NCBI GenBank assembly: GCA_963702005.1
Contig: OY969696.1
Location: 3,232,001 to 3,296,000, forward strand
DNA length: 64,000 nucleotides
Source of the DNA: Candidatus Aminicenantes bacterium
GTDB taxonomy: Bacteria > Acidobacteriota > Aminicenantia > Aminicenantales > JAFGBC01
Reading direction: 5' to 3'
Both the position numbers and the translations under genes were made by a program. The notes beneath the pieces are model-generated. The model was not told where the DNA came from, made no database searches, and saw nothing but the letters and a program-made list of their open reading frames with translations. This document shows, one piece after another, positions 24,911-35,071 of this stretch (the first letter of the stretch is position 1; each line of letters starts with the position of its first letter).

Positions 24911-27067
24911 GTGCACCTCAAAGCCGGGCAGATTCTGGGCCACTACCGCCTCCTGGAGAAACTCGGGGAGGGCGGAATGGGGGTTGTCTGGAAGGGTCGC
25001 GACCTCAAACTGGACCGGGACGTCGCCGTCAAATTCCTGCCCGAGGGCTTCGCCCAGGACGCCTCGCGGCGCGCCTTCTTCGAGCGCGAGGCCAAAGCCG
25101 TCGCCGCCCTCCGCCACCCCAACATCGTCACGATCTTCGCCGTCCTGGAGGCGGAGGGGACCTACTTTTTCACGATGGAATTTGTCGAGGGCGATCCCCT
25201 TTCCAAACTCATCGTTCCCGGGGGAGTCCCCTTCGGCGGCTTCCTCAAGATCGCGGTCCCCTTGGCCGACGCCGTCGCGGCCGCCCACGAGCGGGGCATT
25301 ATCCACCGCGACCTCAAGCCCGGAAATATCATGATCGACCGGGCGGGCGACCTCAAGGTCCTCGACTTCGGCATGGCCCGCTTCCTCCAAGCGGGCCCCG
25401 TCCTGGCCGAGGAGGACAAGGGCGAGACGGCGACCCTGGAAAACGTCATCACCGGCACCGTATCCTATATGTCCCCGGAACAGCTCCGGGGCGAAGCCCT
25501 CGACCACCGGACCGATATCTTCTCCCTGGGGCTCATCCTCTACGAGCTGGCGGCGGGGCGCCATCCTTTCCGGGGAGCGACGCCGGTCGAGACGATCGCC
25601 GCCGTTCTCAAGGACAAACCCCGGCCGGTCATCGAACTCAATCCCAGCCTCCCCGAATTGCTCGACCGGATCCTGGAACGCTGCCTGGAAAAGGACGTCC
25701 GGATGCGCATCCTGTCGGCCTCCGAGCTCCGGGACGAGTTGCGCTGGCTCGGCGAGGAGAACCGGGCCGTCCGCGCCGGGGACGTGCCGTCCATCGCCGT
25801 CCTGCCGTTCACCGACATGAGCCGCGAGAAGGACCAGTCCTACTTCTGCGACGGCATCGCAGAGGAGATCATCAACGCCCTCTGCCGCGTCCAGGGACTC
25901 CGGGTGTCCGCCCGGTCGGCCTCCTTCCAGTTCAAGGATTCCGGCGCTGAGCCGGGCGAGATCGGGCGCCGCTTGGGCGTCGAAACCCTTCTCGAGGGCA
26001 GCGTCCGTAAGGCCGGCAACCGGCTCCGAATAACGGCTCAGCTCATCGACATCGCCTCCGGATACCACCTCTGGTCGGAATCCTACGACCGCGAGCTCAA
26101 GGACATCTTCGAGATTCAGGAGGAGATCGCCCGGAGCATCGTCCAAGCCCTCCGCATCACCCTGACCCCCCAGGAAAAAGGGGCCTTGGAAATAGCGCCC
26201 ACGCGCCACGTCCAAGCTTATGACTATTATCTCAGGGGAAGGAGCTTCTATCATCGCTACGGCCGGCACGACATCGAATTCGCCCTTCAGCTTTTTTCGC
26301 GGGCGACCGAGCTTGACTCGGGCTACGCCCTGGCCTACGCGGGACTCGCCGACTGCTGGTCTTTCATCTATTTGCACGCCGAGCGAACCGACACGGTCCG
26401 CCGCCAGGCCGAGGAAGCCGCCCGGCGCACGATCGAACTGGCCCCCGACTCGGCCCAGGCCCAGGCATCGCATGCTTTGGCCATGTCGATCAGCGGCTCC
26501 AATCAAGAGGCCGAACGAGGTTTCGAAGCCGCTATCCGGCTCGACCCCGAATTATTCGAAGCCTGGTACTTCTATGCCCGCCATGTCTTCGGCTGCGGCG
26601 ATCTCAAGAGGGCGGCCCGCTACTACGAACAGGCCATGCGGGTCCGGCCCGGCGATTACCAGTCTCCGCTGCTGGTCGCCCAGATCTACGACGACCTAGG
26701 CCGGCCCGAAGAGGCTCGGGCCTCCCGCCGCCGCGGCGTCGACCTTGTCGCCGAGCGCATCGAGCTTCATCCCGACGACGCCCGGGCACTGTACATGGGC
26801 GCCAACGGCCTAGTCGCCCTGGGCGAGAAGGAGCGGAGTTTGGCCTGGGCCCGCCGGGCGAAGGCGATCGCGCCCGACGAATCCATGGTCCTCTACAACC
26901 TGGGCTGCATCTACTCCCTGGCCGGCGAAATCGACGAAGCCATCGAATGCCTGGAGCAAGCCGTCGCCCTCGGCATAACCTACACGGGCTGGTTCGAGCA
27001 CGACAGCAACCTCGACCCGCTCCGCTCTCATCCGCGTTTCCAGGCGCTCCTGGCCAAGCTCGGATAG
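24911..27067 (+). CDS. Hanks-type Ser/Thr protein kinase with TolB-like and TPR domains
   Basis: GEGGMG, VAVK, HRDLKPGN, DFG and YMSPEQ; SIAVLPF...YFCDG.AEEIINAL; TPR repeats. Confidence 0.93.
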   Translation: MHLKAGQILGHYRLLEKLGEGGMGVVWKGRDLKLDRDVAVKFLPEGFAQDASRRAFFEREAKAVAALRHPNIVTIFAVLEAEGTYFFTMEFVEGDPLSKLIVPGGVPFGGFLKIAVPLADAVAAAHERGIIHRDLKPGNIMIDRAGDLKVLDFGMARFLQAGPVLAEEDKGETATLENVITGTVSYMSPEQLRGEALDHRTDIFSLGLILYELAAGRHPFRGATPVETIAAVLKDKPRPVIELNPSLPELLDRILERCLEKDVRMRILSASELRDELRWLGEENRAVRAGDVPSIAVLPFTDMSREKDQSYFCDGIAEEIINALCRVQGLRVSARSASFQFKDSGAEPGEIGRRLGVETLLEGSVRKAGNRLRITAQLIDIASGYHLWSESYDRELKDIFEIQEEIARSIVQALRITLTPQEKGALEIAPTRHVQAYDYYLRGRSFYHRYGRHDIEFALQLFSRATELDSGYALAYAGLADCWSFIYLHAERTDTVRRQAEEAARRTIELAPDSAQAQASHALAMSISGSNQEAERGFEAAIRLDPELFEAWYFYARHVFGCGDLKRAARYYEQAMRVRPGDYQSPLLVAQIYDDLGRPEEARASRRRGVDLVAERIELHPDDARALYMGANGLVALGEKERSLAWARRAKAIAPDESMVLYNLGCIYSLAGEIDEAIECLEQAVALGITYTGWFEHDSNLDPLRSHPRFQALLAKLG

Positions 27068-27080
27068 CGGAACCGCCGTT

Positions 27081-27109
27081 TTGACTTACGCCTGGAGACA
27101 TGGTATAAA
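27081..27109 (+). promoter_or_regulatory. sigma70 promoter of the Mrp operon
   Basis: TTGACT-N17-TATAAA with extended TG. Confidence 0.65.
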
Positions 27110-27123
27110 ATTTTTCTTATTCC

Positions 27124-27735
27124 ATGGACGACTCAGAAACCATCTCCACCGATAGCGGCGGCTTCCCGTCGCGAAAAGCGCGGCTGCTTTTCCTCAGAAA
27201 CAACCTCGTCTTGTTCGTGCTCCTGTTCGGGCTGTGGCTCCTGATGAGCGGGCACTACGATTTCTTCCACACCTCGATCGGCTTCCTGTGCTCGATCCTG
27301 ATTGTTGTCCTCAACGCCCGCCTCAATAAGTATTTCTTCATCCAAGACAAACTCTGGGAATGCGCGCCCCTCCGGATCGGACGCCTTCTCTTCTACATTC
27401 CCTGGCTCATCTGGCAAATAGTGATCGCCAGCCTCCAAGTCGCCGGCGTCGTCCTGCGCCGCCGGATGCCGGTCAATCCTTCTCTCCTCCGCTTCAGGAC
27501 CAAGCTCCCGACCCAAGCCGCCCGGGTCATCTTGGCTAATTCGATCACCCTGACGCCCGGAACGATCACGCTCCTGCTCGAGGGCGACGAGTACCTGGTC
27601 CACTCCTTGATCGACGCTTCGCATTCGGGCATCGTCGACGGGACCCTGCCCGGGGAAGTCGCCAAGCTCTACGACCGCAAGCCCCGCGACGTCGTCTCCG
27701 AGGTCGAGATCCTCAGGCGAATGAGGACGATCTGA
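27124..27735 (+). CDS. mnhE: Na+/H+ antiporter subunit E
   Basis: W.L.SG, LANSITLTPGT and VH motifs. Confidence 0.92.
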   Translation: MDDSETISTDSGGFPSRKARLLFLRNNLVLFVLLFGLWLLMSGHYDFFHTSIGFLCSILIVVLNARLNKYFFIQDKLWECAPLRIGRLLFYIPWLIWQIVIASLQVAGVVLRRRMPVNPSLLRFRTKLPTQAARVILANSITLTPGTITLLLEGDEYLVHSLIDASHSGIVDGTLPGEVAKLYDRKPRDVVSEVEILRRMRTI

Positions 27736-28010
27736 TGGACAAGTACTTTGTCTACCTCGGCGTCGTCCTGACCGTCATCATCCTCATCCCCCTCTACCGG
27801 GTCCTGCGCGGCCCGACCCTCTTCGATCGGATGCTCGGGGCGGGTGCGGTCGGGACCAAGACTATGGTCCTCATCCTGGTCATCGGTTTCATCTTCAACC
27901 GGGTCGACATGTTCATCGACATCACCCTGGCTTACGCCATCCTCAACTTTCTTGGCACGATCGCCATCGCCAAATACCTCCTGACGCTCAAGACGAGGGG
28001 GAAACCGTGA
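27735..28010 (+). CDS. mnhF: Na+/H+ antiporter subunit F
   Basis: YR..RGPT.FDR; DI.L.YA.L.F. Confidence 0.92.
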   Translation: MDKYFVYLGVVLTVIILIPLYRVLRGPTLFDRMLGAGAVGTKTMVLILVIGFIFNRVDMFIDITLAYAILNFLGTIAIAKYLLTLKTRGKP

Positions 28011-28333
28011 CGCTCCAGTTCATCTTGGCCAACCTCGTCGTCACGGCCGGCGCCTTTTTCCTGCTCATCGGGAGCGTCGGGCTGGTCCGGCTTCCCGACT
28101 TTTATTCCCGGGCCCACGCCACGGGCAAGAGCGACACGCTGGGCGTCATCCTGGTGACGCTCGGCCTCGTCATCCACCAGGGCCTGACCCTGAACGGCGC
28201 CAAGATCATCCTGATCATGGCCTTTGTCGGCCTGACCAACCCGACGGCGACCCACGCCCTGACCCGGGCCGCCATCCGCTTCGGGCTCAAGCCCTGGTTC
28301 CGCAAGGCCGGCCCGCAGGGGAAGGAGGGCTGA
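28007..28333 (+). CDS. mnhG: Na+/H+ antiporter subunit G
   Basis: G.VR.PDFYSR.HA..K.DTLG; T.P.A.HAL.RAA. Confidence 0.93.
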   Translation: MTLQFILANLVVTAGAFFLLIGSVGLVRLPDFYSRAHATGKSDTLGVILVTLGLVIHQGLTLNGAKIILIMAFVGLTNPTATHALTRAAIRFGLKPWFRKAGPQGKEG

Positions 28334-28578
28334 TGCACTGGGAGCTCGAGGTCACTCTGTTCGTGTTCCTGGTCGGCACGGCCCTCATCGCCCTCGAAAG
28401 CCGGAACCTGCTCACGGCCGTCGTCAGCCTCAGCGTCTTCAGCTTCCTGTCGGCCCTCCTCTATGTTGCCATGGGCGCCGTCGACGTCGGCTTCACCGAG
28501 GCCGTCGTCGGGGGCGGGGCGAGCGGTGTCCTGTTCGTAGTCACCGTCTTCAGAACGTCAAGAAAGAGTAAAGATTGA
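28333..28578 (+). CDS. MnhB-related / MbhD-like subunit (DUF4040)
   Basis: A.DV..TEA.VG motif; three TM helices. Confidence 0.85.
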   Translation: MHWELEVTLFVFLVGTALIALESRNLLTAVVSLSVFSFLSALLYVAMGAVDVGFTEAVVGGGASGVLFVVTVFRTSRKSKD

Positions 28579-28886
28579 AAGTCCTTCGCTACGTCGTGCT
28601 GATCCTGTTCGGAGGGGTTCTGATCCTGGCCAGCCTGAACCTTCCCGACCGGGGCGATCCCTATGCCCCCCTCAACCGGGACAAGAGCGCGGCCGGGACG
28701 CCCAACGCCCCCTCCTACTACATCCGCAACCCGGAGCGGGACGCCGCGACGCCCAACATGGTCACGGTCATCCTGGCCGATTACCGCGGCTTCGACACGA
28801 TGGGGGAAGAAACGGTCATCCTGACGGCGGGCCTCATCTGTTTCCTGATCCTGCGCCGTGGGCGGTCCAAGGAAAAGCGTCCATGA
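28575..28886 (+). CDS. MbhE-like / MrpA C-terminal fragment subunit
   Basis: PN.VT.ILADYRGFDT.GE motif. Confidence 0.85.
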   Translation: MKVLRYVVLILFGGVLILASLNLPDRGDPYAPLNRDKSAAGTPNAPSYYIRNPERDAATPNMVTVILADYRGFDTMGEETVILTAGLICFLILRRGRSKEKRP

Positions 28887-29320
28887 TGCGCCGCGACGAC
28901 GATATCATCCTCAGCCTGGTCAGCCGGACCGTATCGCCCTTTATCATGATCTTCGCCCTCTACGTCATCTTCCACGGCCACTACAGCCCCGGCGGCGGCT
29001 TCCAGGGCGGGACCATGCTGGCGGCCTCTCTGATCCTGGTCCGGCTGGCCGCGGGGAGCGATCTCGCCCAGCTCCAGTTCCCCCGTTCCTGGGGGACGCC
29101 GCTCGGCTCGGCCGGCGTCCTTATCTATTGGGGGACCGGGTTCGTGTCCATGCTCTGCGGCGGCAACTTCCTCAACTACGCCTTCCTCCCGGTATCGGGG
29201 CTTCCTCCCTACCACCGCTACCTGGGCATCCTGTTCATCGAAGTCGGGGTCGGGCTGGCCGTCATGGGCATCCTGACGGCCATCTATGACGACCTCCTGG
29301 AGGGCCGGCCCCATGACTAG
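28883..29320 (+). CDS. mnhB: Na+/H+ antiporter subunit B
   Basis: GHYSPGGGFQGG; E.GVG..V. Confidence 0.92.
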   Translation: MMRRDDDIILSLVSRTVSPFIMIFALYVIFHGHYSPGGGFQGGTMLAASLILVRLAAGSDLAQLQFPRSWGTPLGSAGVLIYWGTGFVSMLCGGNFLNYAFLPVSGLPPYHRYLGILFIEVGVGLAVMGILTAIYDDLLEGRPHD

Positions 29321-29699
29321 GCTTCTCCTCGGCCACTACGGCTATTGGTTCGTCTTCCTCCTGATGACCCTCGGCTTCTACGGCATGGTCGTCAAGAAGA
29401 ACCTGGTCAAGAAGCTCATCGGGATGAACATCTTCCAGGTCTCGATCATCATGTTCTACCTGTCGAGCGCCGTCAAATGGAAGGCAACCATCCCCATCGT
29501 CGATCGGGCGATCGGAACGGTCGACACGGCCCGCTACATCGACCCCCTCCAGCACTGCCTGATGCTGACGGCCATCGTCGTCGGCGTAGCCACCAGCGGC
29601 GTCGCCTACGCGCTCCTGATCACGATCTACAAGCGCTACGGGACCCTCCACGAGGACGAGCTCGTCGAGCGGATGAAACATGACTTGGATATGGAATAA
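29313..29699 (+). CDS. mnhC: Na+/H+ antiporter subunit C
   Basis: NL.KK.IG; DPL...LMLTAIVVG; YGT. Confidence 0.92.
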   Translation: MTRLLLGHYGYWFVFLLMTLGFYGMVVKKNLVKKLIGMNIFQVSIIMFYLSSAVKWKATIPIVDRAIGTVDTARYIDPLQHCLMLTAIVVGVATSGVAYALLITIYKRYGTLHEDELVERMKHDLDME

Positions 29700-31173
29700 C
29701 TCGCCGGCCCTGCCGGTCGTCCTGCTCCTGCCGACGGCCATCGCCATCCCACTTTTCGCCCTGATCGAGCGCCGGCTCGCCCGCGTCCTCGCCCTGACCG
29801 TGTCGTTGACGACGGTCGCTCTGAGCGCCCTCAATCTCTTCAAGGTCCTCAGCCTCGGCCCCATCCATTACCGCATGGGCGGCTGGCCGCCGCCGATCGG
29901 GATCGAATACGTCCTCGACCCCCTGTCCGCCTTCGTCCTTCTCCTCATCAACGCGATCGGCTTTCTCGTCCTCGTTCATGCCAAGCGGGTCGTCGAGCGG
30001 GAGGTCCCCGAGCCCGCCAAGCACGTCCCCTATTACGCCGTGGCCGTCCTCATGCTCTGCGGCTTTAACGGGATCGTCGTCACCGGCGATTTCTTCAACC
30101 TCTACGTCTGGCTCGAGATCGCCTCCCTTTCCCTCTACGGTCTCATCGCGGTCGGAAGCCGCAAGGCGCCCGTGGCCGCCTTTCGCTACTTGATCATGGG
30201 GACGATCGGCGCCTGCTTCTATCTCCTCGGGCTGGGCTTCCTGTTCACGATGACCGGAACCCTCAACATGGCCGACCTCAAGGCCATCCTGCCGGCCGTC
30301 GGCCACGAGCCGGCGGTCGTCATCGGTCTCGGCCTGATCGCGGCCGGGATGGGTCTCAAGATGGCCCTCTTCCCGCTCCACGGCTGGCTGCCAGACGCTT
30401 ACACCTACGCGCCCTCCTCCTCGTCGGCCCTCATCGCGCCGCTCGGAACTAAGGTCGGGGCCTACGTCCTCATCCGCGTCCTGTTCTTCATCTTCGGAAT
30501 CGGCGCCGTCAGCAAGGGCATTCCCCTAACGACGGTCATCGGTTGGCTGGCGGCGGCCGGCATCCTTTACGGTTCGATCATGGCCATGGCCCAGACCGAG
30601 CTTAAGCGGATGCTGGCTTACAGCTCGATCGCCCAGGTCGGTTATATCGGGCTGGGCATCGGTCTGGCCAACCCGCTCGGGCTCATCGGCGCCGTCCTCC
30701 ATGTCATGAACCATGCGGCCATGAAGGCCCTCCTCTTCCTGGTCGCCGGGAACTTCCGGACGAAGCTCGGGCATTCCGACATCAGCCGCCTCGACGGATC
30801 GACTCGGCGCCGGATGCCCTGGACGACGGCAGCCTTCACGGTCGGAGCCCTGTCCATGATCGGGATTCCGCCCCTGGCCGGGTTCTTCAGCAAATGGTAC
30901 CTGGCCTTGGGCGCCGTCCAGAAGCGGCAGTGGGTGTTCCTGGCCGTCATCCTGTCGAGCAGCCTCCTCAACGCCGTCTATTTCTTCCGGGTCATCGAGA
31001 AGATTTATTTCGGCCGCGCGGAGTCGGATGAAAATCAGGCCCGGAGCGAAGCGTCTCCGTCCATGCTCGTCCCCGTCCTGATCCTGGCCGCGGCCCTCAT
31101 CGGGCTGGGAGTATTCAACGCATTCATCGTCAAGGGCGTCATCGAAAAAATAGTCACGTCGGTCATGTTTTAG
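29680..31173 (+). CDS. mnhD: Na+/H+ antiporter subunit D family (NuoN/MrpD-like)
   Basis: GGW.PP.GI, GD.FNLYV..E, K..LFPLH.WLP.AY and HA..KA motifs. Confidence 0.9.
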   Translation: MTWIWNNSPALPVVLLLPTAIAIPLFALIERRLARVLALTVSLTTVALSALNLFKVLSLGPIHYRMGGWPPPIGIEYVLDPLSAFVLLLINAIGFLVLVHAKRVVEREVPEPAKHVPYYAVAVLMLCGFNGIVVTGDFFNLYVWLEIASLSLYGLIAVGSRKAPVAAFRYLIMGTIGACFYLLGLGFLFTMTGTLNMADLKAILPAVGHEPAVVIGLGLIAAGMGLKMALFPLHGWLPDAYTYAPSSSSALIAPLGTKVGAYVLIRVLFFIFGIGAVSKGIPLTTVIGWLAAAGILYGSIMAMAQTELKRMLAYSSIAQVGYIGLGIGLANPLGLIGAVLHVMNHAAMKALLFLVAGNFRTKLGHSDISRLDGSTRRRMPWTTAAFTVGALSMIGIPPLAGFFSKWYLALGAVQKRQWVFLAVILSSSLLNAVYFFRVIEKIYFGRAESDENQARSEASPSMLVPVLILAAALIGLGVFNAFIVKGVIEKIVTSVMF

Positions 31174-31182
31174 CCGGAGATC

Positions 31183-32679
31183 ATGGAAACGACCTTTCCC
31201 TCGCTCATCCCGCTCCTGGCCGTGGCCGTCTCCTTGGCCGCCGTCCCCCTGATCCTGCTCAGCTCGAACCGGCCCAACCTCCGTGAATCCTGGACGCTGG
31301 CGGCCGCCGTCGTTAAATTCGGGCTCGTCCTCGCCCTCCTCCCCCAGGTTCTGGCCGGGCGAGTCGCCGAAACGCGTCTTTTCGAGCTGGCTCCGGGCAT
31401 TCGGCTGGCGCTCAAAGCCGATCCGGCCGGAGTCTTCTTCGCGCTGGTCGCATCGGGACTTTGGATCCTGACCTCAATCTACAACATCGGATACATGCGC
31501 GGGTTGGACGAGCGCAAGCAGACCCGTTATTACGCCGCGTTCGCCGTCTCCCTTTCGGCGACGATCGGCGTCGCGTTCGCCGCCAACCTGCTGACCTTCG
31601 TCCTGTTCTACGAAATCCTGACCGTAGCCACCTATCCTCTCGTCGTGCATAAGGAAACGCCCGAGGCCGTCCGGGCAGGCCGGAAGTACCTGGTCTACAC
31701 GCTCTCGGCCGGAGTCCTCCTCATCGCGGCGACGGCCTTGACCTGGCAGACGGCGGGGCGCCTCGAATTCGTCCCGGGCGGCTTCCTGGCCGCGACGGCC
31801 CTCTCGGCCCGGACCGTGAAGGCTCTCTTCATCCTGTTCCTGGCCGGGGTCGGCGTCAAAGCCTCGATCATGCCCCTCCACGGCTGGCTTCCGACGGCCA
31901 TGATCGCGCCGACGCCGGTCAGCGCCCTCCTCCACGCCGTCGCCGTCGTCAAGTCGGGCGTCTTCGGCGTCATCCGCATCACGGGCTTTGTCTTCGGCCC
32001 GCGCCTGATGGCCGAGCTCGGCCTCGACGCGATCCTGGCCGGGTTCGCCTGCGCCACGATCCTGCTCGCCTCGCTCTTGGCCTTCCGCGAGGATAACCTC
32101 AAGCGCCGGCTCGCCTATTCGACGGTCGGGCACCTCTCTTACATCGTGCTCGCCTCCACCCTCCTCGCGCCGGCCGCGCTGGCCGGCGGCCTTCTCCACC
32201 TGGCCTTTCACGCGACCCTTAAAATAACCCTGTTCTTTTGCGCCGGCGCCGTTTACGTCAACCTCCACAAGGAGCGGGTCAGCGAGCTCGACGGCATCGG
32301 CAAGGTCATGCCTTGGACCATGGGCGCTTTTACGATCGGCGCGATCGGCCTGGCCGGCATCCCGCCCCTCAACGGATTCGTCAGCAAATGGTGCCTGGGA
32401 CTGGGCTCGCTCCAGGCCGGCCGGGGTTTCGTCCCGGCTCTGCTCATCCTCAGCGGACTCCTCAACGCGGGCTATTTCTTTCCGATCGTGCGCAGGGCCT
32501 TTTTCAAAGAAGGATCTTTTCCTGAGAACGCCGGGGAAGCGTCCCCGGCCTTGGTGATTCCCCTGCTGGCGACGGCCGCCCTGTCGCTCGGGCTCGGCCT
32601 TTATCCCGACCTCTTCTTCCGTTTCTACCGACTGGCCGCGGCCGCGGCCGCGAGCGTCATCGGAGGCTCAAGCCTATGA
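31183..32679 (+). CDS. Na+/H+ antiporter subunit D family protein (MrpD/MrpA-like)
   Basis: FYE.LT..TYPLV.H, H.WLP.AM.APTPVSALLHAVAVVK and LK.RLAYST motifs. Confidence 0.9.
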   Translation: METTFPSLIPLLAVAVSLAAVPLILLSSNRPNLRESWTLAAAVVKFGLVLALLPQVLAGRVAETRLFELAPGIRLALKADPAGVFFALVASGLWILTSIYNIGYMRGLDERKQTRYYAAFAVSLSATIGVAFAANLLTFVLFYEILTVATYPLVVHKETPEAVRAGRKYLVYTLSAGVLLIAATALTWQTAGRLEFVPGGFLAATALSARTVKALFILFLAGVGVKASIMPLHGWLPTAMIAPTPVSALLHAVAVVKSGVFGVIRITGFVFGPRLMAELGLDAILAGFACATILLASLLAFREDNLKRRLAYSTVGHLSYIVLASTLLAPAALAGGLLHLAFHATLKITLFFCAGAVYVNLHKERVSELDGIGKVMPWTMGAFTIGAIGLAGIPPLNGFVSKWCLGLGSLQAGRGFVPALLILSGLLNAGYFFPIVRRAFFKEGSFPENAGEASPALVIPLLATAALSLGLGLYPDLFFRFYRLAAAAAASVIGGSSL

Positions 32680-34400
32680 TATCCGCCGGCGGAATGATTC
32701 CTCCCGGCCTGATCACTGCGGTCGGCGCCGTCCTCGTCCCCTTCCTGCCGCGCCGGTTGAGGTCCTCGGCCTTTCTGTTCTTAGGCCTGCTCGCCCTGGT
32801 CCTGGTCTTTGCGATTCCGGACGGCACGGTCAGGACGCTCCGAGTCGTGGATTACACACTCGTACTGGTCCGGATGGACGCCCTGAGCCGGGTGTTCGGG
32901 ACGATCTTCGCCCTGATCGCCCTTGCCGGCGGCATCTATGCCTTCCACCTCAAGGACGCCGGACAGCAGTCGGCCGCGCTCCTCTACGCGGGAAGCGGAC
33001 TGGGCGTCGTCATGGCCGGGGACCTGTTGACGCTTCTTGTATTCTGGGAGGTCATGGCCCTCGCCTCAACCTATCTGGTCTGGGCGCGCCGGACCTCCGA
33101 TTCGGAACAAGCAGGGACCCGCTATCTTTTAGTCCACCTCTTCGGCGGCGGACTTCTGTTCGCCGGCATCATCGTCCATTTAGCTCAGGGAGGAACCCTG
33201 GAAATCGCCCGCCTCGCGCCGGGAGCCGCCCCGGGTCCCTGGCTCATGCTGGCCGGAATCGCCCTGAGCGCGGCCTGCCCTCCCCTTCATGCCTGGCTGC
33301 CGGATGCCTACCCGCGGGCGACCGTGACGGGCGCCGTGTTCATGAGCGCCTTCACGACCAAGGCCGCCGTCTATGTCCTTCTCCGCGTCTTTCCCGGCTG
33401 GAAGATCCTCATCGTCCTCGGCGTCATGATGACGCTTTACGGCGTCGCCTACGCGATCATGGCCAACGATATTCGCGGCGTCCTCGCCTACCACATCGTC
33501 TCTCAGGTCGGGTTCATGGTCGCCGGAGCCGGAATCGGGACCGAGATGGGGATTAACGGCTCGGCCGCCCACGCCTACAGCCATATCCTTTACAAAGCGC
33601 TCCTGTTTATGGCCGCCGGCGCCGTCATCGAGGCGACCGGCCGCTCGAAGCTGACCGAGCTGGGAGGGCTGGCCAGGGCTATGCCCAGGACTCTCGCCCT
33701 CTACATGATCGCCGCCTTCTCAATCTCCGGCTTTCCGCTCTTCAACGGATTCATCAGCAAGTCCATGGTTCTCGGCGCCGCCAAGGAGGCCCATCTTCCG
33801 CTGGCCTGGGCGCTGATGACATTAGCCTCGGCGGGCACGTTCTTCAGCGTCGGGCTGAAACTTCCTTACTACGCCTGGTTCGCGAAGCCGCAGGGGGCGA
33901 AACCCAAACCGCTTCCCAAGAACATGGAGATCGGGATGGGGCTTGTCGCGCTCCTCTGCATCGGGTATGGAATATTTCCCGGCTTACTCTACCGTTTTCT
34001 GCCCTATGCCGTCTCTTACAGGCCTTTCACGGTATCCCATCTCGCCGAGGCCGGTCTTCTTCTCAGCCTGACCTTCCTCGCTTTCTGGCTGCTTAAAGAT
34101 GTCATCAGGCCCAAAGAGAAAGTCCTCCTCGACCTCGACTGGTTCTACCGGAGACCGGCCGGGGCGGCGCGCCGAATATTCGTCGACGGTCCGGGCTCGG
34201 TTTTCGACTGGACCGAGAGGGCGGCCGGGAGAATCGTTCGAGGAGCGGTGGCCTTCGGACGAAACCCGGCCTCGATCCTGACCCCGGGAAAAGCCGGGGG
34301 CTCCTACTCGCCCGACCTCTACCGCCCGATGACCCAAGCTTTGATCATCCTCGTCCTCGCCTGTTTCATCATTCTAGCTTTGGCCGGGCTGTTCGGATAA
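32676..34400 (+). CDS. Na+/H+ antiporter subunit D family protein
   Basis: FWE.MA, PLHAWLPDAYP, SAFTTK, H.LYK.LLFM and D.DWFYR motifs. Confidence 0.9.
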   Translation: MISAGGMIPPGLITAVGAVLVPFLPRRLRSSAFLFLGLLALVLVFAIPDGTVRTLRVVDYTLVLVRMDALSRVFGTIFALIALAGGIYAFHLKDAGQQSAALLYAGSGLGVVMAGDLLTLLVFWEVMALASTYLVWARRTSDSEQAGTRYLLVHLFGGGLLFAGIIVHLAQGGTLEIARLAPGAAPGPWLMLAGIALSAACPPLHAWLPDAYPRATVTGAVFMSAFTTKAAVYVLLRVFPGWKILIVLGVMMTLYGVAYAIMANDIRGVLAYHIVSQVGFMVAGAGIGTEMGINGSAAHAYSHILYKALLFMAAGAVIEATGRSKLTELGGLARAMPRTLALYMIAAFSISGFPLFNGFISKSMVLGAAKEAHLPLAWALMTLASAGTFFSVGLKLPYYAWFAKPQGAKPKPLPKNMEIGMGLVALLCIGYGIFPGLLYRFLPYAVSYRPFTVSHLAEAGLLLSLTFLAFWLLKDVIRPKEKVLLDLDWFYRRPAGAARRIFVDGPGSVFDWTERAAGRIVRGAVAFGRNPASILTPGKAGGSYSPDLYRPMTQALIILVLACFIILALAGLFG

Positions 34401-34445
34401 GAAAAAAATTTGAATACCAATCATCGCGTCTCAGGAGATAATTTT

Positions 34446-34721
34446 ATGTATTACATTCTGTTCTACAAGACGGTCGACAACTACGTTGAAAAGCGCGCTC
34501 CTTATCGGGAGGAGCATCTCGGCTATGGCCGAGCGGCGCACCGGCGCGGCGAGCTGGTCATGGGAGGCGCTCTCTCCGAACCCGCGGACGGCGCCGTGCT
34601 GGTATTCAAGGGCGAGAGCCCGGCCGTTACGGAGAACTTCGCCAAAAACGACCCTTACGTTAGGAATGGATTAATCGTCGAATGGAAAGTTCGTCCCTGG
34701 ACCGTCGTCATCGGCGGCTGA
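34446..34721 (+). CDS. YciI-like protein
   Basis: R.P.R.EH; GA; F...DPYV.NG....W.VR.W; AGGAG RBS. Confidence 0.88.
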   Translation: MYYILFYKTVDNYVEKRAPYREEHLGYGRAAHRRGELVMGGALSEPADGAVLVFKGESPAVTENFAKNDPYVRNGLIVEWKVRPWTVVIGG

Positions 34722-34770
34722 TGGACGGCCTTGAAAAGTCGGCGGGGAGCGTGTATGATGAGGCTCGATC

Positions 34771-35067
34771 ATGAGCGAAGAAGGCAGAACCGAAGAAGGT
34801 CAGGGGTTCCTCCCCCCGGTCGAGTTTTCGACGATCGTCCTCCCGCTCTACATCCAGGCCTCGATTAAGCTGGGCCTGATCGAAGACCCTCAGACCGGGA
34901 AGACCGAGGAAGACCTCGACTTCGCCAAGCGGCTCATCGACGTCCTCGACCTCCTCAACGACCGGACCAAGGGCAACTTGGAAAAGGAAGAGGAGGTCCT
35001 GCTCGGCTCCTGCCTCCAGCAGCTCAAGATGAACTATCTCAAGAAATCCAAGATCATCTCCCTCTGA
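34771..35067 (+). CDS. DUF1844-domain protein
   Basis: LG...P.TG....DL..AK..ID.L..L..RTKGNL..EE..LL. Confidence 0.85.
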   Translation: MSEEGRTEEGQGFLPPVEFSTIVLPLYIQASIKLGLIEDPQTGKTEEDLDFAKRLIDVLDLLNDRTKGNLEKEEEVLLGSCLQQLKMNYLKKSKIISL

Positions 35068-35071
35068 AGGC

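Noticed and set aside
27124-34400. Membrane-bound hydrogenase or complex I operon
   Set aside because: No NiFe large/small or Fe-S subunit genes are present; only Mrp-type membrane subunits.
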